Positions 9,797-19,510 of a stretch of 64,000 bases of DNA are shown piece by piece. The position numbers and the translations under genes are program-made. How positions within the stretch are numbered: the stretch's first letter is position 1; each line of letters opens with the position of its first letter. The stretch is from Candidatus Omnitrophota bacterium. Lineage in GTDB: Bacteria; Omnitrophota; Gorgyraeia; Duberdicusellales; 4484-171. Location of the stretch: positions 89,690-153,689 of the forward strand of contig JBDRJF010000001.1 in the NCBI GenBank assembly GCA_043815185.1, read 5' to 3'. The notes under the pieces are model-generated. The model had not been told where the DNA came from. It did not search any database and saw only the letters and a list, made by a program, of their open reading frames with translations.

Positions 9797-10575
9797 TTAC
9801 TTAAGCCTCGCTTCGAGGAAGCAATGAAGTCAAAAAGGTTTTCTAACTCTTTAGAAGGCAATAAGTTCTTCCCAACCAGTTTTCTGCTTTGGGTCAAGGA
9901 ATGGTTGTCAAAAAAGATTATTTTAAATGCTTTCTTTAAATTCCTGATTCGAGAAGATGAGAACTTTGCTCGTCTTAATCCTACTAAATTAAGTCCACAA
10001 ATCACCGCGGGATGGCCGTCACACATTGAGTAAGGCGGAATATCCTGGACGACTTTCGAACAACCCCCGACTATCGAAAAATCACCTAAGCGGCAGAATT
10101 GGTGTACTGCCACTAATCCTCCGATAACGACTTTATTCCCGATTTTTACATAACCGGCCAAGGTTGCAACATTAGCTAAAACATTATCATCGCCAATCTG
10201 GCAATCATGGGCAATATGAGAATAAGCCATGATCAGATTATTATTACCGATAATTGTCTTAGTATCTTTATCGGTTCCAGGATTAATGGTAACAAACTCT
10301 CTTATTCGGTTGTTGTCGCCAATGATCAGAAAACTTTTCTCGCCTTTATATTTTAAATCTTGGGGTATATTTCCCACTACCGCATATGGAAAGATATGAC
10401 AACCTTGGCCCATCTCAGTATATCCTAAAACCTGGGCAAAAGAGTCAATAAGGCAATTGGCGCCAATCTTGACTTTTTCTCCAATTACCGCATAGGGGCC
10501 GATTTTTACATTCTGGCCTAACTTGGCCTTGGGGCTAACTATGGCTCTGGAATCAATCTGAACAGACACACTCAC
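9793..10575 (-). CDS. lpxA: acyl-ACP--UDP-GlcNAc O-acyltransferase
   Basis: Left-handed beta-helix hexapeptide repeats and a C-terminal GLNLVGLRR motif. GTG start. Confidence 0.9.
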   Translation of the reverse strand: MSVSVQIDSRAIVSPKAKLGQNVKIGPYAVIGEKVKIGANCLIDSFAQVLGYTEMGQGCHIFPYAVVGNIPQDLKYKGEKSFLIIGDNNRIREFVTINPGTDKDTKTIIGNNNLIMAYSHIAHDCQIGDDNVLANVATLAGYVKIGNKVVIGGLVAVHQFCRLGDFSIVGGCSKVVQDIPPYSMCDGHPAVICGLNLVGLRRAKFSSSRIRNLKKAFKIIFFDNHSLTQSRKLVGKNLLPSKELENLFDFIASSKRGLSK

Positions 10576-10619
10576 CTCAAGTAATTGTTTTGTTTAAAAA
10601 CACCTGTTAATTCGTGGTA

Positions 10620-10648
10620 ATTATATCAAAAAAGTAAAGGTGAGGCAA
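10620..10648 (-). promoter_or_regulatory. sigma70-like promoter TTGCCT-17-TATAAT upstream of lpxA
   Basis: The minus strand reads TTGCCTcacctttacttttttgaTATAAT, about 45 nt upstream of the lpxA GTG. Confidence 0.4.
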
Positions 10649-10670
10649 TATAAAGTCCAGGGAGGCATTT

Positions 10671-11990
10671 TTAAGCTTCCACCAGGGCAAACATAAGTTC
10701 AGCCTCGGCAACTACCTTCTCATCAACAAAAGCCTTGGTGATAACTGATCCGGTCTTGTGTCTTATTTTTCCAGAAACAACCTCTATAACTAGCTGGTCG
10801 CCCGGTACAACGGTTTTTCTAAATTTAATATTGTTGGCAGCCATAAAATAGGCCAGTTTGCCCTTATGTTCTTCGCAGGCCAGCATCAGCACTCCGCCAA
10901 CCTGTGCCATTGCTTCCACGATTAAAACACCAGGCATAATCGGTTTACCGGGAAAATGTCCCTGGAAAAAATACTCATTCATGGTGACACTCTTTATCCC
11001 CACTGCTTTCTTGCCCTTTTCAAGGTAAACTATTCTATCTACCAAGAGAAAAGGATATCGATGAGGTAATATCTGCATTATTTCTTGGGCATTAAGTTCT
11101 GGCTTTTGCGGGATATGAAGAGTTTGAGACCCTATTCCAGCGCTACGAGACCTTTCTTTGTATTTGCGCAATTTCTCCAATAATCTTATATTCAATGAGT
11201 GTCCGCCTCTTACGGCAATCACATGCCCTCTAACCGGACCGGCCAAATATAAGTCGCCGATTAAATCTAAAATTTTATGCTTAACAAACTCATCTTCAAG
11301 CCTCAACTCATTATCAAGAATCTTTTTATCCGACACAACCAGAGTATTCTTGTAGTTTGCTCCTTTTCCTAACCCCATGTTTAACAATGATTTAACCTCA
11401 GTATCTAAGCAAAAGGTTCGAGCCTCGTAAAGGTCAGTCTTTAAATCGTCGTTAATGGTTATATCAATGTAACCTGCGCCGACTATGGGATTATCATAAC
11501 TTAAAACATAAGATATACGCAGGCTATGATAAGGCAAAGCTACGATGCTGGCCGAATCTTCCTCAACCCATAAAGGTTCTCTTATTATTAAACGGTTTCG
11601 TATTGATTCCTGCTCCTGCCAGCCAACTTTTCTTATCGCCTCCACAAAATCTTTAGCGCTTCCGTCTAAACCAGGAACTTCGTCACCCCAAATATTTACC
11701 TGCAGATTATCAATACCCAAAAGATGTAAAGCTGCCATCAGATGCTCAACAGTATGAACATATACTCCGTTTGCACCTACAGAAGTGCGCCGTGGGAATT
11801 GCTCAGGATCTAGGACAGAATAAGAGCTTGCCTTAACTAAAGAAGAAGCCTCGATATCCTTCCTCAAAAAAGTTATTCCCGAATCTAGCGGTGCCGGCAG
11901 AAGTTCCAACTTAGTCTCCTTTCCGGTATGAAGTCCAATACCTTCTAATGATATCTTACTTTTAATGGTCCTTTGTTTATCCGCCTTCAT
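10671..11990 (-). CDS. lpxC/fabZ: bifunctional UDP-3-O-acyl-GlcNAc deacetylase / 3-hydroxyacyl-ACP dehydratase (LpxC-FabZ fusion)
   Basis: The N-terminal 280 aa are LpxC-like (GIGLHTG, TVEHLMAAL, HKILDLIGDL). The C-terminal 150 aa are FabZ-like (LPHRYPFLLVDR, FFQGHFPGKPIMPGVL). Confidence 0.9.
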   Translation of the reverse strand: MKADKQRTIKSKISLEGIGLHTGKETKLELLPAPLDSGITFLRKDIEASSLVKASSYSVLDPEQFPRRTSVGANGVYVHTVEHLMAALHLLGIDNLQVNIWGDEVPGLDGSAKDFVEAIRKVGWQEQESIRNRLIIREPLWVEEDSASIVALPYHSLRISYVLSYDNPIVGAGYIDITINDDLKTDLYEARTFCLDTEVKSLLNMGLGKGANYKNTLVVSDKKILDNELRLEDEFVKHKILDLIGDLYLAGPVRGHVIAVRGGHSLNIRLLEKLRKYKERSRSAGIGSQTLHIPQKPELNAQEIMQILPHRYPFLLVDRIVYLEKGKKAVGIKSVTMNEYFFQGHFPGKPIMPGVLIVEAMAQVGGVLMLACEEHKGKLAYFMAANNIKFRKTVVPGDQLVIEVVSGKIRHKTGSVITKAFVDEKVVAEAELMFALVEA

Positions 11991-13020
11991 TGTTTAATTT
12001 CCTGGCTAAATCGTTTACCTTTTTTTCAAGTTCTTTTACCTTCTTATAAAGATCGGGTAAACGCTGTAAACAAGCATTTACCCTGCATGCCGTCTGGTGA
12101 GGTTTTGCCGGATATCCTGAAACCTTGGTTCCGGCAGGGACAGATTTTGTTACTCCGGCCTGAGCAGCGACAATTGCTTTATCGCCAATACGGATATGTC
12201 CGACTATTCCGGCTTGGCCAGCTAAAATCACTTCTTTACCTAAAACAGTACTTCCGGATATGCCGACCTGAGCAATAATAATACAATTTTCACCGGTCAC
12301 TACGTTATGGGCAATTTGAACAAGATTGTCAATCTTGGTTCCTTTACCAATAATTGTCTTATCAAATCTAGCCCGGTCAATAGTAACATTTGCACCAATT
12401 TCAGCATCATCTTCTATCGAAACCGTTCCAATTTGAGGTATTTTCGTTTGTACCCCTTTAACCATAGTAAAACCAAATCCATCGCTGCCAATCACCGCTC
12501 CGGAGTGAATAATTACCCGGTCGCCTATTTCAGTACGCTCTCTTATCGAAACATGAGGATAAAAAAGACACTTTTCCCCGACTTTAACCAAACGGCCAAG
12601 ATAACAGCCAGCATAGATAATTGAACCTTGCCCCACTTCGACGCCGTCTTCAATAACTGCATGGGCACCCACAACCACACCTTTTGCCAGATTGGCTCCG
12701 GCAGAGATTACTGCGCTGGGATGAATTCCCTGAGGATGTTCAACCTTATTGGGAGTAGCTAAACTAACCACCTTGGTAAAAGCCATTGAAGGATTATCAG
12801 TCTTAATTAAAGGCTTAGTGGTTTCAATATCCTCCCGAGAAGTAATTATCGCTGCCGCTTTTGTTGTCTCCACTAAAGAGATATACTTAGGGTTAGCCAA
12901 AAAAGTTATATCACCATCTTTAGCTTCTTCTATCCCCGAGATGCCGGTAATAGTAATCTTGGGGTCACCGACTAACTCCCCTCCGACTAAATCGGCAATT
13001 TCACCGAGGGTAAATCTCAT
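11977..13020 (-). CDS. lpxD: UDP-3-O-acylglucosamine N-acyltransferase
   Basis: N-terminal MRFTLGEIADLVGGEL, hexapeptide repeats, and lpx context. Confidence 0.9.
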   Translation of the reverse strand: MRFTLGEIADLVGGELVGDPKITITGISGIEEAKDGDITFLANPKYISLVETTKAAAIITSREDIETTKPLIKTDNPSMAFTKVVSLATPNKVEHPQGIHPSAVISAGANLAKGVVVGAHAVIEDGVEVGQGSIIYAGCYLGRLVKVGEKCLFYPHVSIRERTEIGDRVIIHSGAVIGSDGFGFTMVKGVQTKIPQIGTVSIEDDAEIGANVTIDRARFDKTIIGKGTKIDNLVQIAHNVVTGENCIIIAQVGISGSTVLGKEVILAGQAGIVGHIRIGDKAIVAAQAGVTKSVPAGTKVSGYPAKPHQTACRVNACLQRLPDLYKKVKELEKKVNDLARKLNNEGG

Positions 13021-13532
13021 TTCTGCTTATATTTTTGGTTAGAAATCTTAAGAATATCGGAAGTTATCTCCAGAGCTTTTGCGCCGTAGAGAACAGCATT
13101 TGAATTGACGATTAAATCAAAACCATTGTCTTGGGCATATTTTTTAATTATCGCATCGATATCTTCAACTATAGCTTTCATCTTTTCATCTCTTTCTTTT
13201 TTCACATCAGTAAATACTTCTCTTTCTAAATCTCGATACTCTTTAATTTCTTTACTGAGAGTTTCTTCTTCTTGAGCCTTTTCAGCTTCTTTAAGCAAAC
13301 TTAGTTTATTCTGCAGCTTCTCAATGGTCTCTTTCTTATCCTCCAGCTTCTTCTCAGCTGCCTTCTTTTTTTCTTCTAATTTATTATCACAATCTTTAGT
13401 CTTCTGATATTCATTAAAAACCTCAAATATATTCACATAGCCAATCTTCAACTCCTGCGAAAAACAAGGAGAAGAAAACGACATAATTACTGCTAAGACT
13501 AACAAACAACTAAAAAAACGCCTCATAAACAC
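13017..13532 (-). CDS. skp: OmpH/Skp periplasmic chaperone
   Basis: Signal peptide, a KIGYVN motif, and a long Lys/Glu coiled region. Lies between bamA and lpxD. Confidence 0.8.
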   Translation of the reverse strand: MFMRRFFSCLLVLAVIMSFSSPCFSQELKIGYVNIFEVFNEYQKTKDCDNKLEEKKKAAEKKLEDKKETIEKLQNKLSLLKEAEKAQEEETLSKEIKEYRDLEREVFTDVKKERDEKMKAIVEDIDAIIKKYAQDNGFDLIVNSNAVLYGAKALEITSDILKISNQKYKQK

Positions 13533-13538
13533 ACCTCC

Positions 13539-15812
13539 CTAGAACGCTCTGCTTACATTAAAGTGGAATCTTCCTTCTTTACTTTCCTCCCCTGGCTCAG
13601 TGTCCAGAGGCCAACCGTAGTCAACGCTTACCGGGCCGATAGGAGTCTTTACCCGAAAACCTAAACCGACACTAGACTTAAACCCACTCTCATCAACATT
13701 ACTGCTCTCATTCCCCCAAACCTTCCCCGAATCAACAAAGGTAGCAACTTTGAAGAAGTCAGCTAAAGGATAAGTATATTCTATATTGCCGATAATCATC
13801 TTGTCACCGCCTACCGGATCTTCGGTATTTTTGTCGATAGGCCCAACCTTTCTTTCTTGATAACCACGGACAGTATCGGCACCTCCGGCAAAGAACCGCT
13901 CATAGATGGGTATTTTTGAGGTGTCGCCGAAGTCCTCAGCAAAACCACCGCGGAGCTTTAATTCAACTACTGATTTCTTAGGAACCGGCAGATAAAAACT
14001 TACCCGGCCAAAATATTTAAAGAAATCTTTATCACCAGCAAAAGGCCCTCCAAAGAGTTGTAAGGTGTTTCGAATATACAGTCCTTTTGAAGGAGAAAAA
14101 ACATTATCCCGGCTATCATAGCTTAGATAAGTTTCTCCGCTACTTAAATCAGTACTTCCTATCTCGTCAGTAAGCTCTGAAGTTGCTCCGCTAACAACGT
14201 CACCGATAGTTACATTGTCAAATCTATAAGCAACTCCTCCATGCCAGTAATCATTAAATTCTCTACCCAGGCGTAAGACTCCGCCCCTTACCTCTTCCTC
14301 ATAGGCATAACCAACATTATCATCCTGTTGATGCCCCCGCTTATAGCCGTCAATCCCGAATGAAACCGGTTTATCAAATATCCAAGGGTTGGTAAAACTT
14401 AACTGAAACTTTTCAGTTAAAGTTCCCATGCTAAACATTAAGCTTAAATCTTGACCGGCGCCGGTAAAGGTAGAAAAATTCCGATAGTCAAAATTACGCT
14501 GTCTTATTTCCACAAACCCAATAAACTCATCTATGGAACTATACCCTCCGCCAAAGCTAAAATATCCTGTCTTAGCCTCTTTTACGTCGACAACCAAATT
14601 AACATTATCAGGTTGTGACCCCGGGTCAGTGCCAAATCTTATTTCTTCAAAAAACCCTAAATTCTCGATTCTTTCCTTACTTTTCCTTATCTTTTTACCG
14701 TTAAATCTCTCTCCGGGATAAACTCTCAGCTCGCGGCGAATTACCTTATCTTTAGTCTTGATATTTCCTTTAATATTGATATCTTCGATATAGGCAATCT
14801 TATTCTCGGTAATCTTATAAGTAATATCTACCTCTTCAGTATCAGGGTTAAAGAGGCTGAGCGGGTCGATCTGCGAAAATATATAGCCCCTATCGACATA
14901 AACCTCTCTTATGTGTGAAGAGTCGATATAGATAGCTTGCTCACTAAAAACACTGCCTCTTTTTAACTCTAAGGCTGCAGTCAGGTTCTCAAGCGGAATC
15001 TCTTTTGCGCCCTCGATCTTTATCTGCCCTACCCGATAACGCCTGCCTTCATCAATATTAACCCTAAGGTAAACACCTTTGGGCCGATATTCAACATCGA
15101 CGTCTACAACTACATCGTTAAATCCCTCTAATTTATAAAAATCACTTATTCTTCTTATATCATCATCAAGAACTTCTTTTTTAAAGATTCCTCGATTGAG
15201 TAACCATGCTTTCTTGGTCTTCATTAATTTTATAATTCTACCTGCCCTTATAATTGCATTTCCCTTAATCATTACGTCTCTAACTTTCAAAATTCCTTTC
15301 TCATTAATTATTAACTTTACGCTAACTTTATTCTGATCATCAAGGGGAATTATCTGGTAGGAAATCTCAGCTTGGGAAAAGCCTTTGGCACTATAAAGAT
15401 CTTTTATTTTTCTTATTGCCTCTTTTACCCTATATTCATCGATAAAAGATCCTTCTTCTATGTCTAATGAGTCTAGAATCTGTTTCTTGCGAATGAAGCG
15501 CATGCCTTCAATGCTTATCTTATCCAGTAAAGGCTTCTCTCTAACTTTAAAAAGAACAATTACTCCTTCCGGAAGTTCTTCTTTCTCTGCCTCGACAATT
15601 TCAAAAAACCCAGTGGCATAAAGATTTTTTACATCTTCATTAATAACATTTTCATTATAAGCCTGGCCAGCCCGAATCTTAATTTTAGAGATAATTGTGG
15701 CATCGCTAACCAATTCATTACCTTCAATATCAATACGAGATATCGAACTTTGGGAGTAAGCAGTTAAACTGAAGCAAGAAAGGAGTGAAAACAACAGGAT
15801 TTTTCGCATCAT
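13539..15812 (-). CDS. bamA: outer membrane protein assembly factor BamA
   Basis: POTRA repeats followed by a C-terminal beta-barrel ending in F. The start is uncertain: the track uses TTG 15848, overlapping the dnaB stop. The signal peptide MMRKILLFSLLSCFSLTAYSQ favours ATG 15812. Confidence 0.9.
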   Translation of the reverse strand: MMRKILLFSLLSCFSLTAYSQSSISRIDIEGNELVSDATIISKIKIRAGQAYNENVINEDVKNLYATGFFEIVEAEKEELPEGVIVLFKVREKPLLDKISIEGMRFIRKKQILDSLDIEEGSFIDEYRVKEAIRKIKDLYSAKGFSQAEISYQIIPLDDQNKVSVKLIINEKGILKVRDVMIKGNAIIRAGRIIKLMKTKKAWLLNRGIFKKEVLDDDIRRISDFYKLEGFNDVVVDVDVEYRPKGVYLRVNIDEGRRYRVGQIKIEGAKEIPLENLTAALELKRGSVFSEQAIYIDSSHIREVYVDRGYIFSQIDPLSLFNPDTEEVDITYKITENKIAYIEDINIKGNIKTKDKVIRRELRVYPGERFNGKKIRKSKERIENLGFFEEIRFGTDPGSQPDNVNLVVDVKEAKTGYFSFGGGYSSIDEFIGFVEIRQRNFDYRNFSTFTGAGQDLSLMFSMGTLTEKFQLSFTNPWIFDKPVSFGIDGYKRGHQQDDNVGYAYEEEVRGGVLRLGREFNDYWHGGVAYRFDNVTIGDVVSGATSELTDEIGSTDLSSGETYLSYDSRDNVFSPSKGLYIRNTLQLFGGPFAGDKDFFKYFGRVSFYLPVPKKSVVELKLRGGFAEDFGDTSKIPIYERFFAGGADTVRGYQERKVGPIDKNTEDPVGGDKMIIGNIEYTYPLADFFKVATFVDSGKVWGNESSNVDESGFKSSVGLGFRVKTPIGPVSVDYGWPLDTEPGEESKEGRFHFNVSRAF

Positions 15813-15844
15813 TTTAGCTATTATAAAGGTATTACCTATCAAAG

Positions 15845-17197
15845 TCAATCCTCCTTTTCTCTGGCCATATCGGCAAATTTGGTATATTCCTTTAAGAAAG
15901 TCAACTTGATAGTCCCTACCGGCCCATTTCTTTGCTTGGCAATAATAACATCAGCTATACCTGTATTTTCATCAGTAGGCTTATAATATTCCTCCCGGAA
16001 AAGAAGAACCACTACATCAGCATCTTGTTCAATCGCTCCTGATTCTCTTAAATCCGACAACTTAGGACGGTGACCTTCGCGCGATTCAACAGCTCTTGAT
16101 AGCTGGCTTACGGCAATCACCGGAACATTTAATTCTTTGGCCAAAGCCTTTAAACTCTGTGAGATATCTGATATTTCCTGCTGACGATTATCTCCCCGGC
16201 GTATACCTCTGATCAACTGCAGGTAATCCACAAGAACCAGCTGAACACCATAGTGCGCTTTTAGACGCCTTGCTTTTGCCCTTATTTCAAAAATATTCAT
16301 CGCTGGGGTATCGTCGATATAAATCGGGGCCTCAGATAATTTTCCGGCAGCATTAGTCAAAATTGGCCACTCCGAAGGAGCAAGAAAACCGGTTCTAACC
16401 CGGTTAATCTCGACCTTTGCCTGAGAACATAAGAAACGCTGCATAAGCTGTTCCTTGGACATCTCTAAACTAAAAATAGCTACCGGGATTTTTTCCTCTA
16501 CAGCAACATAACTAGCGATAGAAGTAACAAAGGCACTCTTACCCATTGAAGGCCGGCCAGCAACAATTATTAAATCGGCTTTTTGCAAACCAGCAGTCTT
16601 TAAATCAAAATCCTTAAATCCGGTAGGAACCCCGGTTACCCGCGATTTTTTATGATAAAGAGATTCAATAAGTTCTATACCATCTTTAATTATATCCTTT
16701 ATATGAACATAACCGCCCTCTATACGGCGGTCACTTATTTCAAAAATCAGTTTCTCAGCTTTATCTAAAATACTGCTAACTTCTTCCTGTTCCCTATAGA
16801 CCAAAGAAGCAATTTCATTGGCACTGTCAATTAGAGAACGTAAAATACCTTTCTCCTTAACAATACGCGCATAGTGGATAGCATTGGCAGAGGTGGGGAC
16901 AAAATCGGCTAGGGTAGTTAAGTAGACACTGCCACCTGCCATCTCTAATAACTTCCTTTTATTTAAGGCTTCAGAAACTGTTAGGATATCGACTTTTTGT
17001 CGCGCATCAAAAAGAGATAGGATAGTTTTGAAAATGGCCTGATGTTCTGTCTTGTAAAAATAGGCCTCATCAATCACCTCGAGGATTTCAGCAATGATTT
17101 TTTCGTCAATGAGCATGGCACCTAAGGTAGCCATCTCAGCATCAATATTTTGGGGCGGGATTTTGCTCAATCGCTGGACAGGACTATCCACACTCAT
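15845..17197 (-). CDS. dnaB: replicative DNA helicase
   Basis: PPQNIDAEMATLGAML N-terminus and Walker A GRPSMGKSAF. No intein-sized insertion. Confidence 0.95.
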   Translation of the reverse strand: MSVDSPVQRLSKIPPQNIDAEMATLGAMLIDEKIIAEILEVIDEAYFYKTEHQAIFKTILSLFDARQKVDILTVSEALNKRKLLEMAGGSVYLTTLADFVPTSANAIHYARIVKEKGILRSLIDSANEIASLVYREQEEVSSILDKAEKLIFEISDRRIEGGYVHIKDIIKDGIELIESLYHKKSRVTGVPTGFKDFDLKTAGLQKADLIIVAGRPSMGKSAFVTSIASYVAVEEKIPVAIFSLEMSKEQLMQRFLCSQAKVEINRVRTGFLAPSEWPILTNAAGKLSEAPIYIDDTPAMNIFEIRAKARRLKAHYGVQLVLVDYLQLIRGIRRGDNRQQEISDISQSLKALAKELNVPVIAVSQLSRAVESREGHRPKLSDLRESGAIEQDADVVVLLFREEYYKPTDENTGIADVIIAKQRNGPVGTIKLTFLKEYTKFADMAREKED

Positions 17198-17216
17198 TTT
17201 ATAATTTTCCTTAGTT

Positions 17217-17660
17217 TTACTTCTTCACAACCCAAACCCGCAAAGTTGCCTCTATTTCAGGATAAACGTTCACTTTTAAGTTGTAAACTCCTAATTTCCT
17301 TATCGACTCCTCTATCACCAAGGCACTCTTATCTAACTCTATTCCTTCAGCCTGGAGAAGTTTCAAGATTTGAGTTTCGCTAATTGTTCCGTAAAGTTCC
17401 TCATCTTTCTTAACTTCAGCGGTGATAGTTAAAGAAACTTTCTCGATTTTCTCTTTTAGCTTTAAGAAATCTTGTCTCCTCTTCTCTCCAGCCTTGGCTT
17501 TGACTCTTTTTATCTCTTCAAGCCGCTTAAAATTCCCATCTACAGCTACCATAGCTAACCCTTGAGGAATAAGGTAATTACGGCCGTAACCATCTTTAAC
17601 CTCTACTATAGCCCCTTCTTTACCTAGTTTATTTAAATCTTTAAGCAGAATTACTCGCAC
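17217..17660 (-). CDS. rplI: 50S ribosomal protein L9
   Basis: MRVILLKDLNKLGKEGAIVEVKDGYGRNYLIP. Confidence 0.9.
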   Translation of the reverse strand: MRVILLKDLNKLGKEGAIVEVKDGYGRNYLIPQGLAMVAVDGNFKRLEEIKRVKAKAGEKRRQDFLKLKEKIEKVSLTITAEVKKDEELYGTISETQILKLLQAEGIELDKSALVIEESIRKLGVYNLKVNVYPEIEATLRVWVVKK

Positions 17661-17732
17661 CTTGTTACAACCTCCTCCTAGTCTACTTAAGTCAAACTCT
17701 GCTTGCCAGCAGACAGAGACTCAACCTTTTTT

Positions 17733-18002
17733 TTAAGAAAAAACTCTTCCGGTATAAGGAATTAGATTAAGGAACCTTGCTCGTTTAACTTCCCGGGCTA
17801 CTTTCCGTTGATGTTTCGCGCAATTACCGCTGATGCGTCGAGAAAGAATCTTTCCCCGGGAGGAAACATAGCGCGTAAGGAGCTCTATGTTCTTGTAGTC
17901 TATTTCTAACTCATTTTTACAAAAAACACAATCTTTCTTAAGCTTTATTCCTGTCCCCTTTCGGGGATCCCTTTTATCCATTCTTGTTTTATCTCGCAGC
18001 AT
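17733..18002 (-). CDS. rpsR: 30S ribosomal protein S18
   Basis: [35 protein letters not shown]. Confidence 0.9.
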   Translation of the reverse strand: MLRDKTRMDKRDPRKGTGIKLKKDCVFCKNELEIDYKNIELLTRYVSSRGKILSRRISGNCAKHQRKVAREVKRARFLNLIPYTGRVFS

Positions 18003-18003
18003 T

Positions 18004-18429
18004 TTAAATCGCCTCTCCTACTTTTTCGTTATCATTCTCTAAATTTATCGGCTCTTGTGGCTCTTCACCTAAATCTACTTCCGGGACCTCTTGTCTTGTG
18101 CCTTGAGGCAGAAACTGTACTCTATTAGCTACCACCTCTAAAACATTTCTGTTTTTACCTTCATTATTCTGCCAACTTCTTGATTTAAGCCTTCCTTCAA
18201 CAAAAATCGGCTTTCCTTTCTGCAAGTACTGATTGCAAACTTCGGCCAAATGGGCCCAGACAACAACATTGACAAAACAAGTATCTCTCTGCATTTGGCC
18301 GCTTTTGTCTTTAAAAGAACTGTTCAAGGCCATTCCCAAAGTTGCCACTGCCGTGCCTTGCGGTGTATATCTTAATTCCGGGTCCCGGGTTAAGTTTCCG
18401 ATCAATAATACTTTATTGAGCTCAACCAT
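18004..18429 (-). CDS. ssb: single-stranded DNA-binding protein
   Basis: [24 protein letters not shown]-fold start and an acidic C-terminus. Sits in the rpsF-ssb-rpsR arrangement. Confidence 0.9.
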   Translation of the reverse strand: MVELNKVLLIGNLTRDPELRYTPQGTAVATLGMALNSSFKDKSGQMQRDTCFVNVVVWAHLAEVCNQYLQKGKPIFVEGRLKSRSWQNNEGKNRNVLEVVANRVQFLPQGTRQEVPEVDLGEEPQEPINLENDNEKVGEAI

Positions 18430-18430
18430 T

Positions 18431-18775
18431 TTAATCCTCCTTGCTCAGCCGGGATTTAATCTTACTTTCTCGATTTATAATCAGATTCCGCAGTATCCTC
18501 TCTTCCAATCTTAGGGTTTCTTTTAACTCTGAGAGCTTATCGCTATCGAATGTAAAATTAACCTGCCAATAACAGCCTTTATGGTATTTTTTCTTTTCGG
18601 CCTCTCTTCCGCGTAAAAAATAATAAAATTTTCTCTCTTTGGCCCATATTTTAGAGGCTAAAACCTCACCTCCTGAATCCTTAATCCGTTTAGTAATTTT
18701 TTCAAAAATTTCCTCTCGGACCTGGTCCTCCAAGTCTGGTCGCAAAATAATCATGCTCTCATAATCCCTGTTCAT
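18431..18775 (-). CDS. rpsF: 30S ribosomal protein S6
   Basis: YESMIILRPDL start and a strong AGGAGG Shine-Dalgarno sequence. Confidence 0.85.
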   Translation of the reverse strand: MNRDYESMIILRPDLEDQVREEIFEKITKRIKDSGGEVLASKIWAKERKFYYFLRGREAEKKKYHKGCYWQVNFTFDSDKLSELKETLRLEERILRNLIINRESKIKSRLSKED

Positions 18776-18855
18776 TAATTGCCTCCTGCAACTCTTTGTT
18801 CCCTTTATTACTACATTTTACCTATGAAAACCTATGCCATTTATTAATAACATTG

Positions 18856-18916
18856 ATGGATACAATATGCGGTTAAGATCAGATCTCGACCGGCTCCGCC
18901 TATGGCGGAGATTGTA
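18856..18916 (-). repeat. copy A of a 61-nt two-hairpin intergenic element (second copy at 40102..40163)
   Basis: Minus strand: TACAATCTCCGCCATAGGCGGAGCCGGTCGAGATCTGATCTTAACCGCATATTGTATCCAT. Nearly identical flanks and first hairpin occur at 40102..40163. Confidence 0.7.
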
Positions 18917-18923
18917 GGCACTA

Positions 18924-19493
18924 TTATCCTCCTCGTTGATTATATTTTCTCATCGTAAAATCTATTCCCTTATCAATCCACTCCCGAGTTGCCGATACCG
19001 CCACCTGAATAACCTCGGCTAGGGTTTCGGCCTCTGATGAAAAAAAGTCAGAAAGAACATAATCAGATAACTCCTCTATCTCTACACCGCCAATGCCTAC
19101 CCGCAATCTGTTAATTTCCTCACTCCCAAGCGCACTTTTTATCGAGGCCATACCCCGATGCCCGGCAGTAGACCCTCGAACTCTAAACCGGATCACACCC
19201 AAAGGCAAATCCACATCATCATAAACTATCAAAATATCTGATCTTGAAACTTTATACTTTTCTAGGACTTTCTTCACACATAACCCAGAATTATTCATAA
19301 AAGTGCGCGGTTTAATTAAAAAAAACCAGCCTGGGGGATATTTTTTCTTAGCAATATAAGCTGATAGCCTAAAACTCCTCTTGAATTCCAGGCTTTGTAC
19401 ACTCGCCAGGTTCTCGATGACCTGATAACCGATGTTATGGCGATTATTTTTATATTTCTGACCGGGATTACCCAGACCAAAGATTATTTTCAC
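18924..19493 (-). CDS. pth: peptidyl-tRNA hydrolase
   Basis: MKIIFGLGNPGQKYKNNRHNIG and MNNSG motifs. Confidence 0.9.
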   Translation of the reverse strand: MKIIFGLGNPGQKYKNNRHNIGYQVIENLASVQSLEFKRSFRLSAYIAKKKYPPGWFFLIKPRTFMNNSGLCVKKVLEKYKVSRSDILIVYDDVDLPLGVIRFRVRGSTAGHRGMASIKSALGSEEINRLRVGIGGVEIEELSDYVLSDFFSSEAETLAEVIQVAVSATREWIDKGIDFTMRKYNQRGG

Positions 19494-19510
19494 TCTCTTT
19501 CCAACCAGGA

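Noticed and set aside
17661-17732. Hairpin TCTGCT-tgcc-AGCAGA between rpsR and rplI as a terminator
   Set aside because: The stem is short, no U-tract follows on the minus strand, and the genes are expected to be co-transcribed.
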